From NCBI GenBank assembly GCA_963693365.1, contig CAVNZM010000008.1, positions 1,550,001-1,614,000 of the forward strand: 64,000 nt of DNA. The letters are read 5' to 3'. Shown here one piece after another: positions 50,434 to 63,543 of the stretch. A model generated the notes under the pieces. That model made no database searches. It was not told the DNA's origin and worked only from the letters and a program-made list of their open reading frames with translations. This DNA comes from Amoebidium appalachense. Lineage: Eukaryota; Protista; Ichthyosporea. The translations under genes and the position numbers were made by a program. Numbering within the stretch: the first letter of the stretch is position 1; each line of letters begins with the position of its first letter.

Positions 50434-53400
50434 CCTGATCCGGAGAAAATCCGGGCCATAGTTGAGTGGCCCCGTCCTCAGACTGTCACTCAACTAAGGC
50501 AATTTTTAGGTTTAACTAATTATCTTCGTCGTTATATTAAGGATTATAGTATGCTTGCTTTGCCGTTAACTAGTCAGACGGGGGGGGAGAAGAAGAATAG
50601 AATAGATTGGAATGTTGATGCTGTTTCTGCTTTCGAAAAGCTTAAGTTAGCTTTGCAGTCTTCGAGTATGCTTGTTCATCCTGATTTTTCGGCCGGGGGG
50701 GGGATGTTTAAAGTTCGGTGTGATGCAAGTAAGGTTGCTGAGGGGGCCGTGTTATATCAGGTGCAGGAGGGGCAGGATAGAGTGATTGCTTATGCTAGTC
50801 GTTCATTTAGTAAAAGTGAACGTAGATATGGCAATCCGGAGAGAGAGTCCCATGCTATCTTTTGGGCAGTCTCACAGGCATGGAGGTATATACTCGCAGG
50901 CAGGACGTTTGAGGTCTACACCGACCACAAGCCCTGCCTAGCCATGGCCGGCACCACTCGTCTGGTGAACGAGAGGATGCAGAAGTGGGCCGCGGCTCTC
51001 GGTGAGTTCTCCTATAAATTGTTTTATGCCAAGGGCGAAACAATGGTTGACTGTGATGCTCTCTCTCGTGCTGCTTATATTTTGTTTGACGAAGAGAAGG
51101 AGGGGGAGGGGGGGGCTAGTGAGAGACGGGGGGGGAGGGGGGGGAAGGGGGGGAGAGTGAGCAGAAAGGAATAGATGCTGTGTCTGTTGATGTGTCTTCT
51201 TGGGCTCCGGGGTTGCTTGCTTATAAGTGTAGGGGAGGGGGGGGGAGGTATTTGTCAGTGTCTGAGGTCGGGACCGAGCCTCATGGCTCGGCCCCTGCCT
51301 TAGCACCTACGGCTTTGATCTTAGCTCAGGAGGAAGATGTGTTGATTGGTCTGGTTAAGAATTATTTAAAGGGGCCGGTTGATTCGATTAAATTTAAAGA
51401 TAAAAGGCAGATGGTTAAGGTAGCTAAGTTAGCAAAAATGTGTCAGGTAGAGCAGGATTTCGTTTATCATTGTTCTGGGCCAGACGGACACCGAGTTTGG
51501 GTCCTGACGGCACTTGTGCCTGAGGTTTTGCATATGGTGCACACATGAGCATCCCATGGCTGGTCATTTAGGTGTAAATAGGACGTTGCTTCGTGTTAAT
51601 CGTTCGTATTTTTGGCCGGGTATGAGTAGGGAGGTGAGGGATTATGTGTTGTCATGCATGCATTGTCAGGAAAGGAATGAGAGTCCCCACTCTCGTTCCC
51701 GCCCGTCGTTTATTAGGGATTTTAATGTTCGTATGTTTGAAAGGGTAGCAGTGGATATGGTCGGTCCTTTTAATTCTACGGTTGAAGGTAGCACTGTTCC
51801 TGTTACCGTCACCGATGTGGCCACTCGTTGGGTTGAAGTCTTTCCTCTCCCCACTGCTAATGCCGTTTTGTTTGCTCGTATTTTTGTGGATGAAATTTGT
51901 CTTAGGTTTGGTTGTCCTCGTGTTTTGTTAACGGATAGGAGTCGTGTGTTTTTAAATCAGTTGGTGTCGGAGGTGTGTAAAATTTTAAGGGTAGCTCATA
52001 TCACTACGTCTGCATATCACCCTCAAGCAAATGCCATCTCTGAACGTGTGCATGCAGTGTTTCAGAAGTCCTTTGGCAAAATGGTGGATGTGGAGGCTAA
52101 TGATTGGGATCATATGTCTAGGTTTATTGCTCATTCGTATAATTCTACCCCTCATGCTGTGACTGGTTTTTCTCCGTTTTATTTGGTCTATGGGCAGGAG
52201 GCTATTAGTTTGTTAGATACGGCACTTTTGCCGATGGGGGGGCTGACTGTTGGAATACGTCACCATGTATGACAGCAAGAGCCTTGAAGTATGTATGTGT
52301 TTTAGCTTGTTTGTATTCGTGTCTGCTTTCCTTCTTTGTGCTCTCTCTCTCTCTCTCTCTCCTCCTCCCCCCCCCCCCCCCCCCCCCCCCCGTATCTCTC
52401 TCTCCCTTGTTTCTGTGGGCACAGATATCTGTAGATCTGTGCACACCTGGCTCTCTTGCCTGATAAGAACTTATTGTATTTTATTTTTTTGCTCTCCTCT
52501 GTTTATCTGAGAGGTAGCGTGATTGGCTAGCCTCACTCGTTTCTTTCCTTTATTTCAAAATGGCTTAGTTTTGTTCTCAAAAGGATGGCTCGTCAATAGT
52601 GCGAGCGAGTACATCTGTAGATGTGTTGTGCATTCCTGTCTTTAATATATGTGTGTTGTGATTGGACAATAGATATATATGGAATTCAGTTTATTGCAAA
52701 GTGTCTTCATTTGAGAGTGTATATAGGAAATATATTATTTAAATAATTTTTTATAGAGACGAAATAAAATAATTGAGTTAATAGTGATAATGTATATTAT
52801 TAATTTATTTAAGTAAAGTTTCTACACTTTAGTTTAATCGGAAGTTGGAAGCGTATGCTCTGTCGGAATGTGTTTTTCTATCTTCTGATAGAACCGATTG
52901 GTTCTCCCTCTTTAGTTGTGATAAGGTGATAAGTCGCAAGTACAAAATTTGAAGGAACCGAGACCACAATAAAGAATCAGTTGTTGTTTGAAATCTTTCA
53001 ATGTCTCGTGAACAACTCCGATTGCCCTCTCATTAATGTGTTAGTCGTGTTTTACATGACACCTCTGTGCACTCTGCTCCCTTAGACCCGTACAAAACAA
53101 CACTGACCGACTAACTTATCCCCACTGGACTGAGTTCCGGGAGCAGCTACTAACCCGGGCCCGGGCTGCACGTGATGCAGCTCTGGCCCGTACACAGCAG
53201 GCACAGGCACGTGCAGATGTGTCCACACGTCCGTTACGTGAAATTGCCGAGGTACTTTAGTTTTAATTAGGGATCATACTAGGAAAAAGAGATATAAGCA
53301 GGAGCAGGAAGGTACGGGTGAAGGTGAAGGTCTCCGTAAGTATGGTAAGAAATGGTTGCCTCTTTTCATTGGCCCGTATAAAATAGTGGCTAGGTTAGGT

Positions 53401-53808
53401 CCGACGGAATATAAGGTGCAGAGGTTAGATAATGAGAGTGATGTTAGATTTTATAATATAGATGATATAAAGGAATATTATGATAGGGCCCTTAGGGTAA
53501 AACGGCCGGAGGGCCGTCGAGTGTTAGATGCATTCACCCCCGACTATGACGGGTCGGTGGATGTATCGGAGGCTGCAGTAGATAAAATTATGGATAAAAA
53601 GGTTATCGAAGGTAAGGAAGGTAAGGTAAATTATTATTTAATTCGTTTTGAGGGAGGTTATCAGGAAGATCAGTGGTTGCCTGAGTTTCATTTGGATTGC
53701 CCATTTTCTATTCGTGCTTATGAGGCTAGATTAGTGCAGAGGGAGTTGCCTAGTGCTCCCCGGCCTCTAGGCCAAAGAGAGTTATTCCTCAGTTTAATCG
53801 TGGTGTGA
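50434..53808 (+). pseudogene. pol: Gypsy pol 3' part: RNase H, integrase, GPY/F motif and chromodomain
   Basis: LRQFLGLTNY, CDAS, IAYASR and TDHKP; zinc finger H-HPMAGHLG...CMHC; AVDMVGP, LLTD, AYHPQAN, FIGPYKIV; chromodomain VDKIMDKK...YLIRFEG...DQWLPEFHL. Confidence 0.93.
52248..53102. mobile_element. Solo LTR (855 bp, TGTTG...CAACA) inserted in the Gypsy integrase
   Basis: TSD CTGAC on both sides, terminal inverted TGTTG/CAACA, AT-rich and non-coding. Confidence 0.9.
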
Positions 53809-54110
53809 AAAAGTCGGTGGGGGAGGGGGCCGGGGGGGGAGTGATGCAAATACACGTAGACACACGGGGGGAGGGGGAGGGGGGGGAGGAGACCGAGGAG
53901 GAGTGTGAACGTAGTCGTAGGAATTTAATTTATTATCATAGGTGTCTCCCTAGGTATCAAGCTTATGGTGTAGATTAATTTATTATTTTTCTTCGTAATT
54001 TATTTAATTTAATTTTTTTAGGAGACTGATTAGTCTATGTCTTTTTAGGGGGTGTTAGATGTAATGTGACTGAGGTGGGACTCAGCTTTTCCGGGGGCGG
54101 GGGGGGGAGT

Positions 54111-54829
54111 TGACATATACCAATCCGTCTCAGCAGATCAGCCTAAGTCTACGATCGAGATCGGGGGGGGGGGGGGGGGGGGGTGGCCCGGGTCCACAGA
54201 TCATCAAGATCAAGTCCGGGGCCTCAAGATAGCTGTACAGCTGCGTGCAACTTGCCTCTGCCGGCGCAGGGCAGGACCACGTCAGCTGAAGCAGCCGACC
54301 AATAGAATTCTAATTAGTGTGTAGGATAGATCGTAGGAGGACTTAGGAATGTGATTGTTCGGGCAGAAGCCCTTTTGTAAGTATTGGCAAGGTTTGATAG
54401 TGTATGTTGCCAAACGTATTTATATATTTCGATGTAGAGGAAAGGGGGGAGGGAGGGGGGGGGGGGGGGGGGGATAGTATGAAATGTAGATTTAGACTCT
54501 GCGGTGCCACTAGGGGGAGGGTGAGGGGTGAGACATGGATAAATATATTAGTTTGAGTAGATCGACTTAGCTCGTGCAGGCGCACGATAAAGTAGATCGG
54601 AATGTTTGGAATGTGGCATCGTAGGGGGGCCAGGTGATGATGATCTTTGAGGGCACGGCCTTGATGGCCTCAGGTGTGACTTAGCCTCATTCCGTACGGA
54701 TCTAAGTTTTGCCCGTCGGAGCCTGGTCTGAATAAACTGTACCGTTTTTCCGTACACGTTCGTTCCTTTTCGTGTGTGTACACTTAGTAGAGTGCCGCGT
54801 CTCTAGTACATACACAATAGGATACGACA
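54111..54829 (+). repeat. Gypsy 3' LTR
   Basis: Direct repeat of the 5' LTR, preceded by a polypurine tract and followed by TSD AAAAG. Confidence 0.97.
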
Positions 54830-54834
54830 AAAAG

Positions 54835-55262
54835 AGAATTAAACCGCCAATAACCTCCGGTTCTAATACATTAGCTAACAGGTTGCATTTATTGATAGAT
54901 ATGCAGCCGCGAGTAATCCGCCCCCCCACACATATTACACATACGAGCAGGAGACACCAGAAACCGATTACACCGCCAAGCCATAATCATCTTTGCGTTT
55001 TTACACCACACCACATTACGAGTAAACGAATCTATGTATGAACGAGACTCTCTAACCGTATCCGCCATATATAGGCTACTAGTAGTTGGTGTTTTTGCGG
55101 TCCAAACACCGGAAGGGACTCAACACGTAGAGTAAAAAGATATCAGCCATAGACTTGAAACTATTCACTGATTCACACTATGATCTAGCCGTACCTCCGG
55201 TGGGGTTGCCAGCCATTCCACATAGCGCTCGGCAATGGGCAGAGACGATGGGCCCGGGGAAG
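54835..55262 (-). pseudogene. Decayed non-LTR retrotransposon-like ORF, middle piece (Cys-rich C-terminal region)
   Basis: Translates across a frameshift to MIMAWRCNRFLVSPARMCNM/GGRITRGCI. Joins 63544+ in frame across the Copia TSD (PDSPLYLFP-SPGPSSLPIAERY). Confidence 0.45.
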
Positions 55263-56197
55263 TGTTAAATTCTATAAGTATTTGGGATGGAAGCAGAGAC
55301 ACAGTGGTGCAGTGTGAAAACACCACAGACACACACAACAACAAAACACGGAACGATCGGAGCAGTGTACACAACAGACATCAATGTTTAGACACGACTG
55401 AACTGAATTTATTCTGATCTTCGAATAAATACCTGAAATTCCTCTAAGTCTAATCCATACATGATTTCCGACCAGTCGGAAATCAGATCTATCTCTAATA
55501 GAAACCAATCACTAAGAACCAATTGCTTTCAGAGAGATCCGGTACGCGGAGACGTACACGATACGACACAGACACTAGTTAAGATCAACTCGTGTCATCA
55601 TCAAGGAAGTTCTAACCTATAACACACTGCAAAGACTCAGACATATCACACTTAACCTTGATGATTGGTTAAAGCCCGGCAACACATGAAAACTAAAGTA
55701 AATTAATGAAGTCTAAACACACATGTTATTCTAAGTGTAGCCTAAGTGTGTTACCGTCCAATGAACACGTATTAAGTAACACAAATCTACCTAACATATA
55801 TTAGCTAGTAGAAAAGAAATACGATTATACACATGAAGACAAGGAGAGAAAGAAAAGAAAATAAGGAAGGACTCGGAGAAAGAGGAAGGAAAAGAGAGCA
55901 CAGATCAACAAACAAGATAGTAATAGCATAACTATAACCAGAGATATTTATGTACACACGAACATGTACATGTCTCTCCCTGAGTGGGTGGATCCGTGTA
56001 CACACAAATAAATATTCTAATCGATATCACAATACACGATTAAAGCCGATACAACACGATTACGAGTATACAAGCATATCGGAGATCGATGCTACACTTT
56101 ACATAATAGGAGTGTGGCATTTACACTAAGCATATGAACTGAAACATAACACAAACTGAGAAGATCTTACCATATGTAAATACTACGTATTACAACA
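55263..56197 (-). repeat. Copia 3' LTR (935 bp)
   Basis: TGTT...AACA termini, adjacent PPT, TSD GGAAG at 55258-55262. Confidence 0.88.
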
Positions 56198-56305
56198 TCC
56201 CCACTTAAGACTTTGAAGTTTGTGTTATCATATCCCCACTGGACTAGTGAAATATCCCCACTTGAGAACAGAAACGAAAAAAAAAATATAAAGTGTGTAC
56301 TTTTT

Positions 56306-56347
<42 letters not shown>

Positions 56348-56606
56348 GGGGGGGGGAAGGGGGGGGGGGGAGGGGGGGGGGGGGGAAGGAACTGGGGCAA
56401 AAACAACGAATATGTATAACGTTTATAGTCGGGGTTTGATTAACTGGGTTTGAAACCAGTGAAAGATAGAGTAGAGTCGCGGTACAGGTCAAACCTTACA
56501 TAAAAACCCTAAGTGGGCATACCCACAAAGGCAATATACATATGAAATAATGATTATGGTAAAGTAAGTAGTAAACATTAGAAAACCACTCTTGAAGTAG
56601 GACGGG

Positions 56607-59600
56607 TCAATCGACAATATCCGGCACACAAAGTCGGGCACGATGGGTGACATGACTCGGGCCGAGGAGGGGTTTGGTGAGGATGTCGGCCAAGTTGTGG
56701 GCTGACTCGACGTAGTGGACAACAACATCCCCACTGGCAATGTAGTCTTTGGTGTTGTGATACCGGACGGCAATGTGTTTGGTACGGTGCTTGATGCCGG
56801 TGGAGTTGACGATGGCAATGGTCGACTGGTTGTCACAGTACACCGTAGTCGGAGCAAGCATGGGCCGGGGTAGCCGAGTTCCTTGAAGAGGTCACCGACC
56901 CAAGCAACTTCCTGGGTGCCAGCATTGAGAGCAATCAGCTCAGCTTCGGTGGTGCTGGTGGCCGTGATGGGCTGGAGCTTAGAGTACCAGATGATGGGCA
57001 TACCAGCAAACTCGATGATGTAGCCGGTGGTAGACTTCTTGCTGTCGGCACAACCAGCAAAGTCAGCATCCGTGTAGCATTCGAGTATGGGGGGCTGGGT
57101 GGCCGAGTACTTGTAGTCAATGCCAAGGTCAATGGTGACGAGCAGGTACCGGGCCACACGACGGAGAAGGTCCCAGTGAGTCTTGCCGGGGTTGGTGCTG
57201 AACCGACCAAGGAAGCCAATGGCATAGGCAATGTCGGGACGTGTGCACCGTGCCACCCAGAGGAGACGGCCGAGTAACTCACGGTAGGGCACGGTGAACG
57301 GTTGGGGGGGGCAGTCAGCCAGGGAGACGGTGGCGCCTGCAGGGATGGGGGTAGACTTGGACTTGGCATTGGTGAGGTTGAAGTCGTGGATGATATCCAT
57401 GATGTAAGACCTCTGGTGCATGTGGAGGTGATGGGGATCAGAGTGATTAAAATCAACACCGAGCATACGGTCAAATGGACTCAATACGACAGCTGGCCAT
57501 CTTGCTGATGTGGGCAGCCAGGTCACTGGCAGCAGTAGAACCCCGGGTGTTGGTGATGGTGGAGTCGTCGACGTAGTTACCAGCCCGAACCACATCGTTG
57601 TTGGGGGAGAACCGGAGGTAGATGCACGGGTCAGTCTTAGTACGGGTCAGGCCATGGGCAAGAAGAATGCCGTCGAGGAAGTCGTACCAAGCCTTGGAGG
57701 CTTGCTTGAGGCCATACAGGGCTTTCTTGAGTCTCCAGACCTTGCCAAGTGTGGCCATGGTGATGAATCCCGGGGGTTGTTTCATGTAGATGGTCTCGGT
57801 GAGTGGGCTGTTGAGAAAGGCCGTAGACACGTCGAGTTGATGGATGTCATGACCTTCAACAACGGCCAGAGCTAGGATAGCACGGAGAGCAGCCGGACGG
57901 ATGACAGGGCTCTCAATCAACTCATAGTCAACACCGTATTGCTGACTGAAGCCTTGAGCAACACCACGGGCCTTGATCTTGGTGTCACCAGCCGAGTTGA
58001 GAGTTTTCTCGGAGACAATCCACTTGAAGCCGACGATGTTAGCACCAGGGGGAGGGTCAACAAGTTCAACTTGAAAGATGTCTTTGTCGACGAAGGCTTG
58101 ATACTCAGCAGTGAGGGCTGACTTGACCTGGTCACCATTGGGTCCGGAACACAGTTGACGGACAAGTTTGGGTAGTTGGTCGATGTTGATGGGGGGACCG
58201 GGGGGAACTGGCAGGGTGGTGGTGGCTTGAAGTCCAACCTTGCCCTGTAGACGGGCAGAACGACGGGGTGCAGGAACCGGGGGAGGTGGAGACGGGGGGG
58301 GGGGGGAACTTGGAAGTTCGGAATTGCAGGGGGGGCAACCTCCGGGCTTGACGGGGCCGAGTGGAAGTTGTCGGGGTAGCCGGGTCGGATGGGGGTGACG
58401 TTGCCAGGGGCAGGATGAAGGTCGGCAGGCTGGACGGGCACGGGGGCAGGGGGGCCGGTGGGGGGGGGGTGTCGGGGGAACGACGATGGCAGGGGGGGGG
58501 GCCAGAGTACACCAGACAAACATCATCTTCAGTGTCAACTGTGGGGGGTGGGGTGGTCGAGGTGGCAGTGGTGTCGGGTGTCGGAAGTGTTGATGGAATG
58601 TCGGATGGGAGATAAGCTGATTCGTCGAAAATCACATCACGGAAGAGGCCGACACGATGGGTGGTGGGGTTGAAGATCCGGTGGCAGTGTGATTGAAGAT
58701 CATAGCCGATATACATGCCGAGTTTGACGGTGGGGGCCAGCTTGTTCCGTTTAGAGGCTGGCACATGAGTGTAGGCAGGGCAACCGAACACTTTGAGCTC
58801 GGAGATGTCGGGCTTGACACCGTAGAAAACCTCGAATGGTGTACGACCATTGGCAGCCGTGGACGGGGTGACGTTGATGATGTAGGCAGCATGTTGGAGG
58901 GCCTCAGCCCACAGTTTGGGGGACAGAGACTGATCTTGGACTTGATGGAGGAGGCAACGAACAATCTCTTGGAGGAACCGCATACGACGTTCAACATAGC
59001 CGTTCAGTTGAGGGCAGTCCACCGGAGCATAGCTGGCCTTGATGCCCTGGGAGAGGCAAAAAGCACGGGTAGCCTTGGAGGTGAACTCAGCGCCGGAGTC
59101 GAAGTGGTAGACACCAACTTTGGAGGGGGCATGGGTAGCAACGAGGTTGGTGTGAGCTGTGAGAATGTCCAGGGTGGTTGTACGGTCGGCCATCGGGTAG
59201 ATCTTGACGAGTCCAGAGGCACGGCAGACAGTGACGAGAGCAACCTTGGAACCTCCGTAGGATGTTGTGGTAGGCTCAAAAAAATCCCAATGCCAATCAT
59301 GACCGGGGATGTTGGAGTGAGGACGGTCACCCTTGAACGGAGCCTTGGTGGTTTTACCCATAATGCAGCCATGACAATCAGGAACATCACAATTCGAGGA
59401 CAGACGAGGGGAGACCAATAACAAGGTCGTGTTTCACCATGTCCTTGATGCTGGTCATAGCACGGTGCCCCAGACGATGGTGCCAGATGGATGGGTTAAC
59501 ACTGGTAGTGGCAGCCAGAGCCACAGGACGAGTGGGTGGTTGAATGGTGTAGTCCTTGAAGTAATACAGACCGTTGTGTAGACGGAGGTTGACGAGATGA

Positions 59601-59650
59601 CGGCCGGTGAGTCGGTCGAAGAGGAATGACGGAGTGGAGGCATCATTCAA
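56607..59650 (-). pseudogene. pol: Copia pol: GAG-pre-integrase, integrase, RT, RNase H (frameshifted)
   Basis: WHHRLGH, CHGC, DSGAEF, PQLNGYVER, KARGVAQGFSQQYGVDY, LDVSTAFL, LKKALYGLKQA, YVDD, YTDADFA, TTEAE, CDNQS, RTKHIAVRYH and ADILTKPL. Confidence 0.95.
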
Positions 59651-59872
59651 ATCACCCTTGATGTACTATTCGGCAGCAGCTTGGGATGTGGAAATGAGGA
59701 AGGCTTGGCCAGACGGGGTGTAGTAGGCTTCAATGGTAAGGGTGGCAGTGCCATGGTCGGTGGTGGTGTTGATGACGATACGGCCACAAATAAATATTCT
59801 AATCGATATCACAATACACGATTAAAGCCGATACAACACGATTACGAGTATACAAGCATATCGGAGATCGAT

Positions 59873-62800
59873 TGTAAACAACTGTACACATGAACTGTAC
59901 ATGTTTACTAAAGAATGTGATCTACTAGCACACGATTCGTGCTTTGTCATGAACCTGAATATCACATAAATATTATGTCCGCACCAATAGGACTCACTCT
60001 GACCTAAGAATTGAACCATATATGGTTCTTCCGCTGCATACCACATAAACGAAGTGAACCAATAAGAGGTTTGCATAAATAGGACGAAGGTCTGACTGGC
60101 TCGGACCGCACCAGAATCACGAATGGCATGTTGCCACCCGCGCTGGCCGCGGATGAACCAATCCTGGGCCTTGATCCGAAACCTGGGGGCTATATAACAA
60201 AGCCGTCCCAGTACGGGGATCACATCAGTGAAGTCTGAGACAGACTGAGTCGGCCCATAGTAAAAGCAACCTGGCCGCGTGTGCCTTTCTACCCGTTCTC
60301 TGTCTTTATTTTGATTCAGTTGTACTCTGCCTTATCCTAACTAGTCCAACTGTTTACATTGGCGACCGCGCAGTTCAAGAATCTCGCATCCTTCGAATCT
60401 CACATCTTTCAATCAGTTCAAGAATCTCACATCTTTCAATTACCCCAAGAATCTGCCATGGCCGATCACAATCCTTTTTACCACGATGATAGGCACATCT
60501 TTCTTTGTCAGGCTTAGAATACATACACATCGACAAGTTTGAAGTGGCCAGCCCACCTACACGGAAAGAATTGAAAACATGTAAAACGGCTTTTGCTACG
60601 ACACAAAAAAAAATGTGAAGAAAAACGAATACACAACGAAACAACGAATACACGAACAAACGAATAAAGAATTGCTAACGAAGCAATGAACCAACGAAAA
60701 ACGAACCATCACGAATACACAACGAAATAACGAATTAACGACAAACGAATGCATAGAGGAAATACGAAATAAACGCAACACGAAAATAAACGAAGGAACG
60801 AAGTTATGAAACGACGAAAAACGAAAAACGAAAGCAAAATGAAATGGAAATACGAAAATGAAAGAACGAATGCACAACACTGCTTGGGTTGCAATGCACA
60901 CAGCCCCCTCTATGTTACGAAGAAAAGAAAACCGTTGCCATTGCGTGCATTGCGCTATTGCACACTGTCATCGTGTCCATGCCACCGCATGCACCTCCAC
61001 ACTCGCAAGCCAGATGCACGGCCACTTTCAGCACGAATGCATTTAAAGAAGTAGATAGTCGCTGTTCCTATAGCATTGAGGACATAAGGTGCTGTGAAAG
61101 TAGTTTTGCATGCATGCTTCGAATTTCTTGCTGTTTTCGAATACAGCATGCCCCATAGTTTAGCGCACAGGATGCACAACATGCGCATGAATGTATGCTG
61201 GCATGCCTAAACACATTACGAACATATGCCTCATGTATGGCGGCCCTTCCTGGTGCCACGCCCTAACGAATTTGCACTCTTGGTGCACAAAAGGCATGTA
61301 ATAAAGTCGATGCAGAACTTTTGTTCATGCATGTGAAAAACAAAGAAGGTGTTGGGTACGAATTTTAAGGTGAATGCCCGTCTGTGGCAATACTGTGTAA
61401 CATACCAATTACACTGTCAAGCCTTGCACTAGCTGCCGGCACACCCCCACCAGAACAAAAGAATGTGGTATGGGCACCGCTCCCTCACAACCCCATCATA
61501 CAGTGTCAGTATTTTGGCTGGAAGCCTTTCAGTTTCGAATTACGAATACCCTCCTTCACTACTGAAGAAAGTGACGTGGAAGACGAATACGAATACGAAT
61601 GCAAGGTGTTGTTGACTAACACATCGGACCATCATGTGTACCTAGGCCCTGGTACGGAGGTGACCATGTTATTCCCTTGCAATATGATGACACTGTAACA
61701 ATTTAGCACGTGCATACCCCACCAATGGGCACATGCGGGAGACAACCCCACAAGCTGCCTTATTGGGCACCTCTGCTAAAACGAATATTCTTCTCACGAA
61801 GGAACAGAAGAATGCCACGAACACGAACCACACACTCACCAGGCAGCTACTTACATCTAATGTATGTAAGAAGTAGGGTGTGTGAACGGGGTAACTTCAT
61901 GAACACCAACACGAAAGAAAGCACAGCACAAAGCAGTTCCACGAACACGAATGGTTTTGGTTTTCCACACAACGAACAGAACCAACAGTAGGGCCACCTA
62001 CAAATGAAGCAGAGGATGGGGCACCATCCAGACCTGCACTGGAGGATATGAAAACACGAAGCGCGCTCACGAATTTGCTTACAAAAGAAAGGGCGACTGT
62101 GACGACTTTTCTTTTTAGGCCAAGCCTCCAGAAGAATGTATTATGCCTGGAATCCCCCTGCTCAACGAAAATGGCTGGCAACTGGGATACGAAAACTGCT
62201 CACGAATGGAAGCATGTGCTTTCTGAAGAAGGCTTGCTTTGCCTACCCTCTTCTTATGAATTATGAACCGGGTTTTTACTGGTTCTGACGGGCTGATATA
62301 TTTCTTTATGTCGCCCAACGAAGAACATTTAGGGCATTCTTATTCATGTTATTCCCGGCTCCGATGATGCAGGGTTAAAGCTGAAAGGAAAGAAGTGCTC
62401 TTTGTTCCTGAAAGAAGTGGCTTTTCCGGCCATGGTGACTCGCCTTACAGTCTTAAGGTAGAACCGGGATAAGGAGCAGTGGCTAAGCCTTGAAGCTATC
62501 CACCACTACCTGAGCTACGAAGTGACCTAAGGCTTGAGTTATATTCATTATCGAATGTTGTGTATGATCATTCATCCACACAACCAAATTACTCGCAATT
62601 GAAAACGAATCTGCGGGAGTTTCCTAAAAAGGAAAAACACCTAAAAAAGGAAAATATTACTTCTACAGAAAAAGCCAAGCACAGAGACGAAGCGAACAAT
62701 TCGCACGCACACTCTGCAACAATCTTCGCCACGAAAATGAAAACACAGAAGAATGCTGCATGAGTTTGTGTTTTGGCAAATGAAGAAGTGCTCATAGACG

Positions 62801-63431
62801 TGCACAACTCTATTCCACCGTCCTTGCTCTGTTCTGTCCAGCAGCTCGGCACACACAAGAATTCTCGCTGAAGGTTGTTTATCGCCTCTCAGCCTGGTGG
62901 TTTGCTTGTCTAACGACACCACCAGGCTCCCGACAAGGGGGGGAGTGTAAACAACTGTACACATGAACTGTACATGTTTACTAAAGAATGTGATCTACTA
63001 GCACACGATTCGTGCTTTGTCATGAACCTGAATATCACATAAATATTATGTCCGCACCAATAGGACTCACTCTGACCTAAGAATTGAACCATATATGGTT
63101 CTTCCGCTGCATACCACATAAACGAAGTGAACCAATAAGAGGTTTGCATAAATAGGACGAAGGTCTGACTGGCTCGGACCGCACCAGAATCACGAATGGC
63201 ATGTTGCCACCCGCGCTGGCCGCGGATGAACCAATCCTGGGCCTTGATCCGAAACCTGGGGGCTATATAACAAAGCCGTCCCAGTACGGGGATCACATCA
63301 GTGAAGTCTGAGACAGACTGAGTCGGCCCATAGTAAAAGCAACCTGGCCGCGTGTGCCTTTCTACCCGTTCTCTGTCTTTATTTTGATTCAGTTGTACTC
63401 TGCCTTATCCTAACTAGTCCAACTGTTTACA
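59873..63431 (+). mobile_element. Non-autonomous Gypsy-derived LTR element (3.56 kb) inserted in the Copia 5' LTR
   Basis: 486-bp LTRs at 59873-60358 and 62946-63431 (TGTAAAC...GTTTACA), TSD TCGAT, PBS TGGCGACCGCGCAG, and a purine tract before the 3' LTR. Only RT remnants remain (GLKLKGKKCSLFLKEVAF, ~62372-62426). Confidence 0.93.
60360..60373 (+). promoter_or_regulatory. tRNA primer-binding site (TGGCGAC..., tRNA-Ser-like)
   Basis: TGG-initiated motif 1 nt after the 5' LTR. Confidence 0.75.
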
Positions 63432-63543
63432 TCGATGCTACACTTTACATAATAGGAGTGTGGCATTTACACTAAGCATATGAACTGAAACATAACACAA
63501 ACTGAGAAGATCTTACCATATGTAAATACTACGTATTACAACA

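Larger units (their letters stand above)
37709..54829 (+). mobile_element. Ty3/Gypsy chromovirus-type LTR retrotransposon, full length but disrupted
   Basis: TG...CA LTRs at 37709-38432 and 54111-54829, TSD AAAAG, PPT at ~54093-54108. Domain order gag-PR-RT-RH-IN-chromodomain. Confidence 0.97.
55263..63543 (-). mobile_element. Ty1/Copia LTR retrotransposon, internally deleted
   Basis: TSD GGAAG. 3' LTR at 56197-55263, after PPT AAGTGGGGA. The 5' LTR remnant (63543-63432 plus 59872-59785) matches 56197-56003. The rest of the 5' LTR, the PBS and most of gag are missing. Confidence 0.93.

Noticed and set aside
38589-59650. Programmed frameshifts in Gypsy/Copia ORFs
   Set aside because: The shifts are multiple, fall inside domains and often lie in homopolymer runs, so decay or sequencing error explains them better.
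59822-63296. Duplicated 130-aa minus-strand ORF MIPVLGRLCY...
   Set aside because: It is simply the antisense reading of the two matching LTRs, with no recognisable domain.
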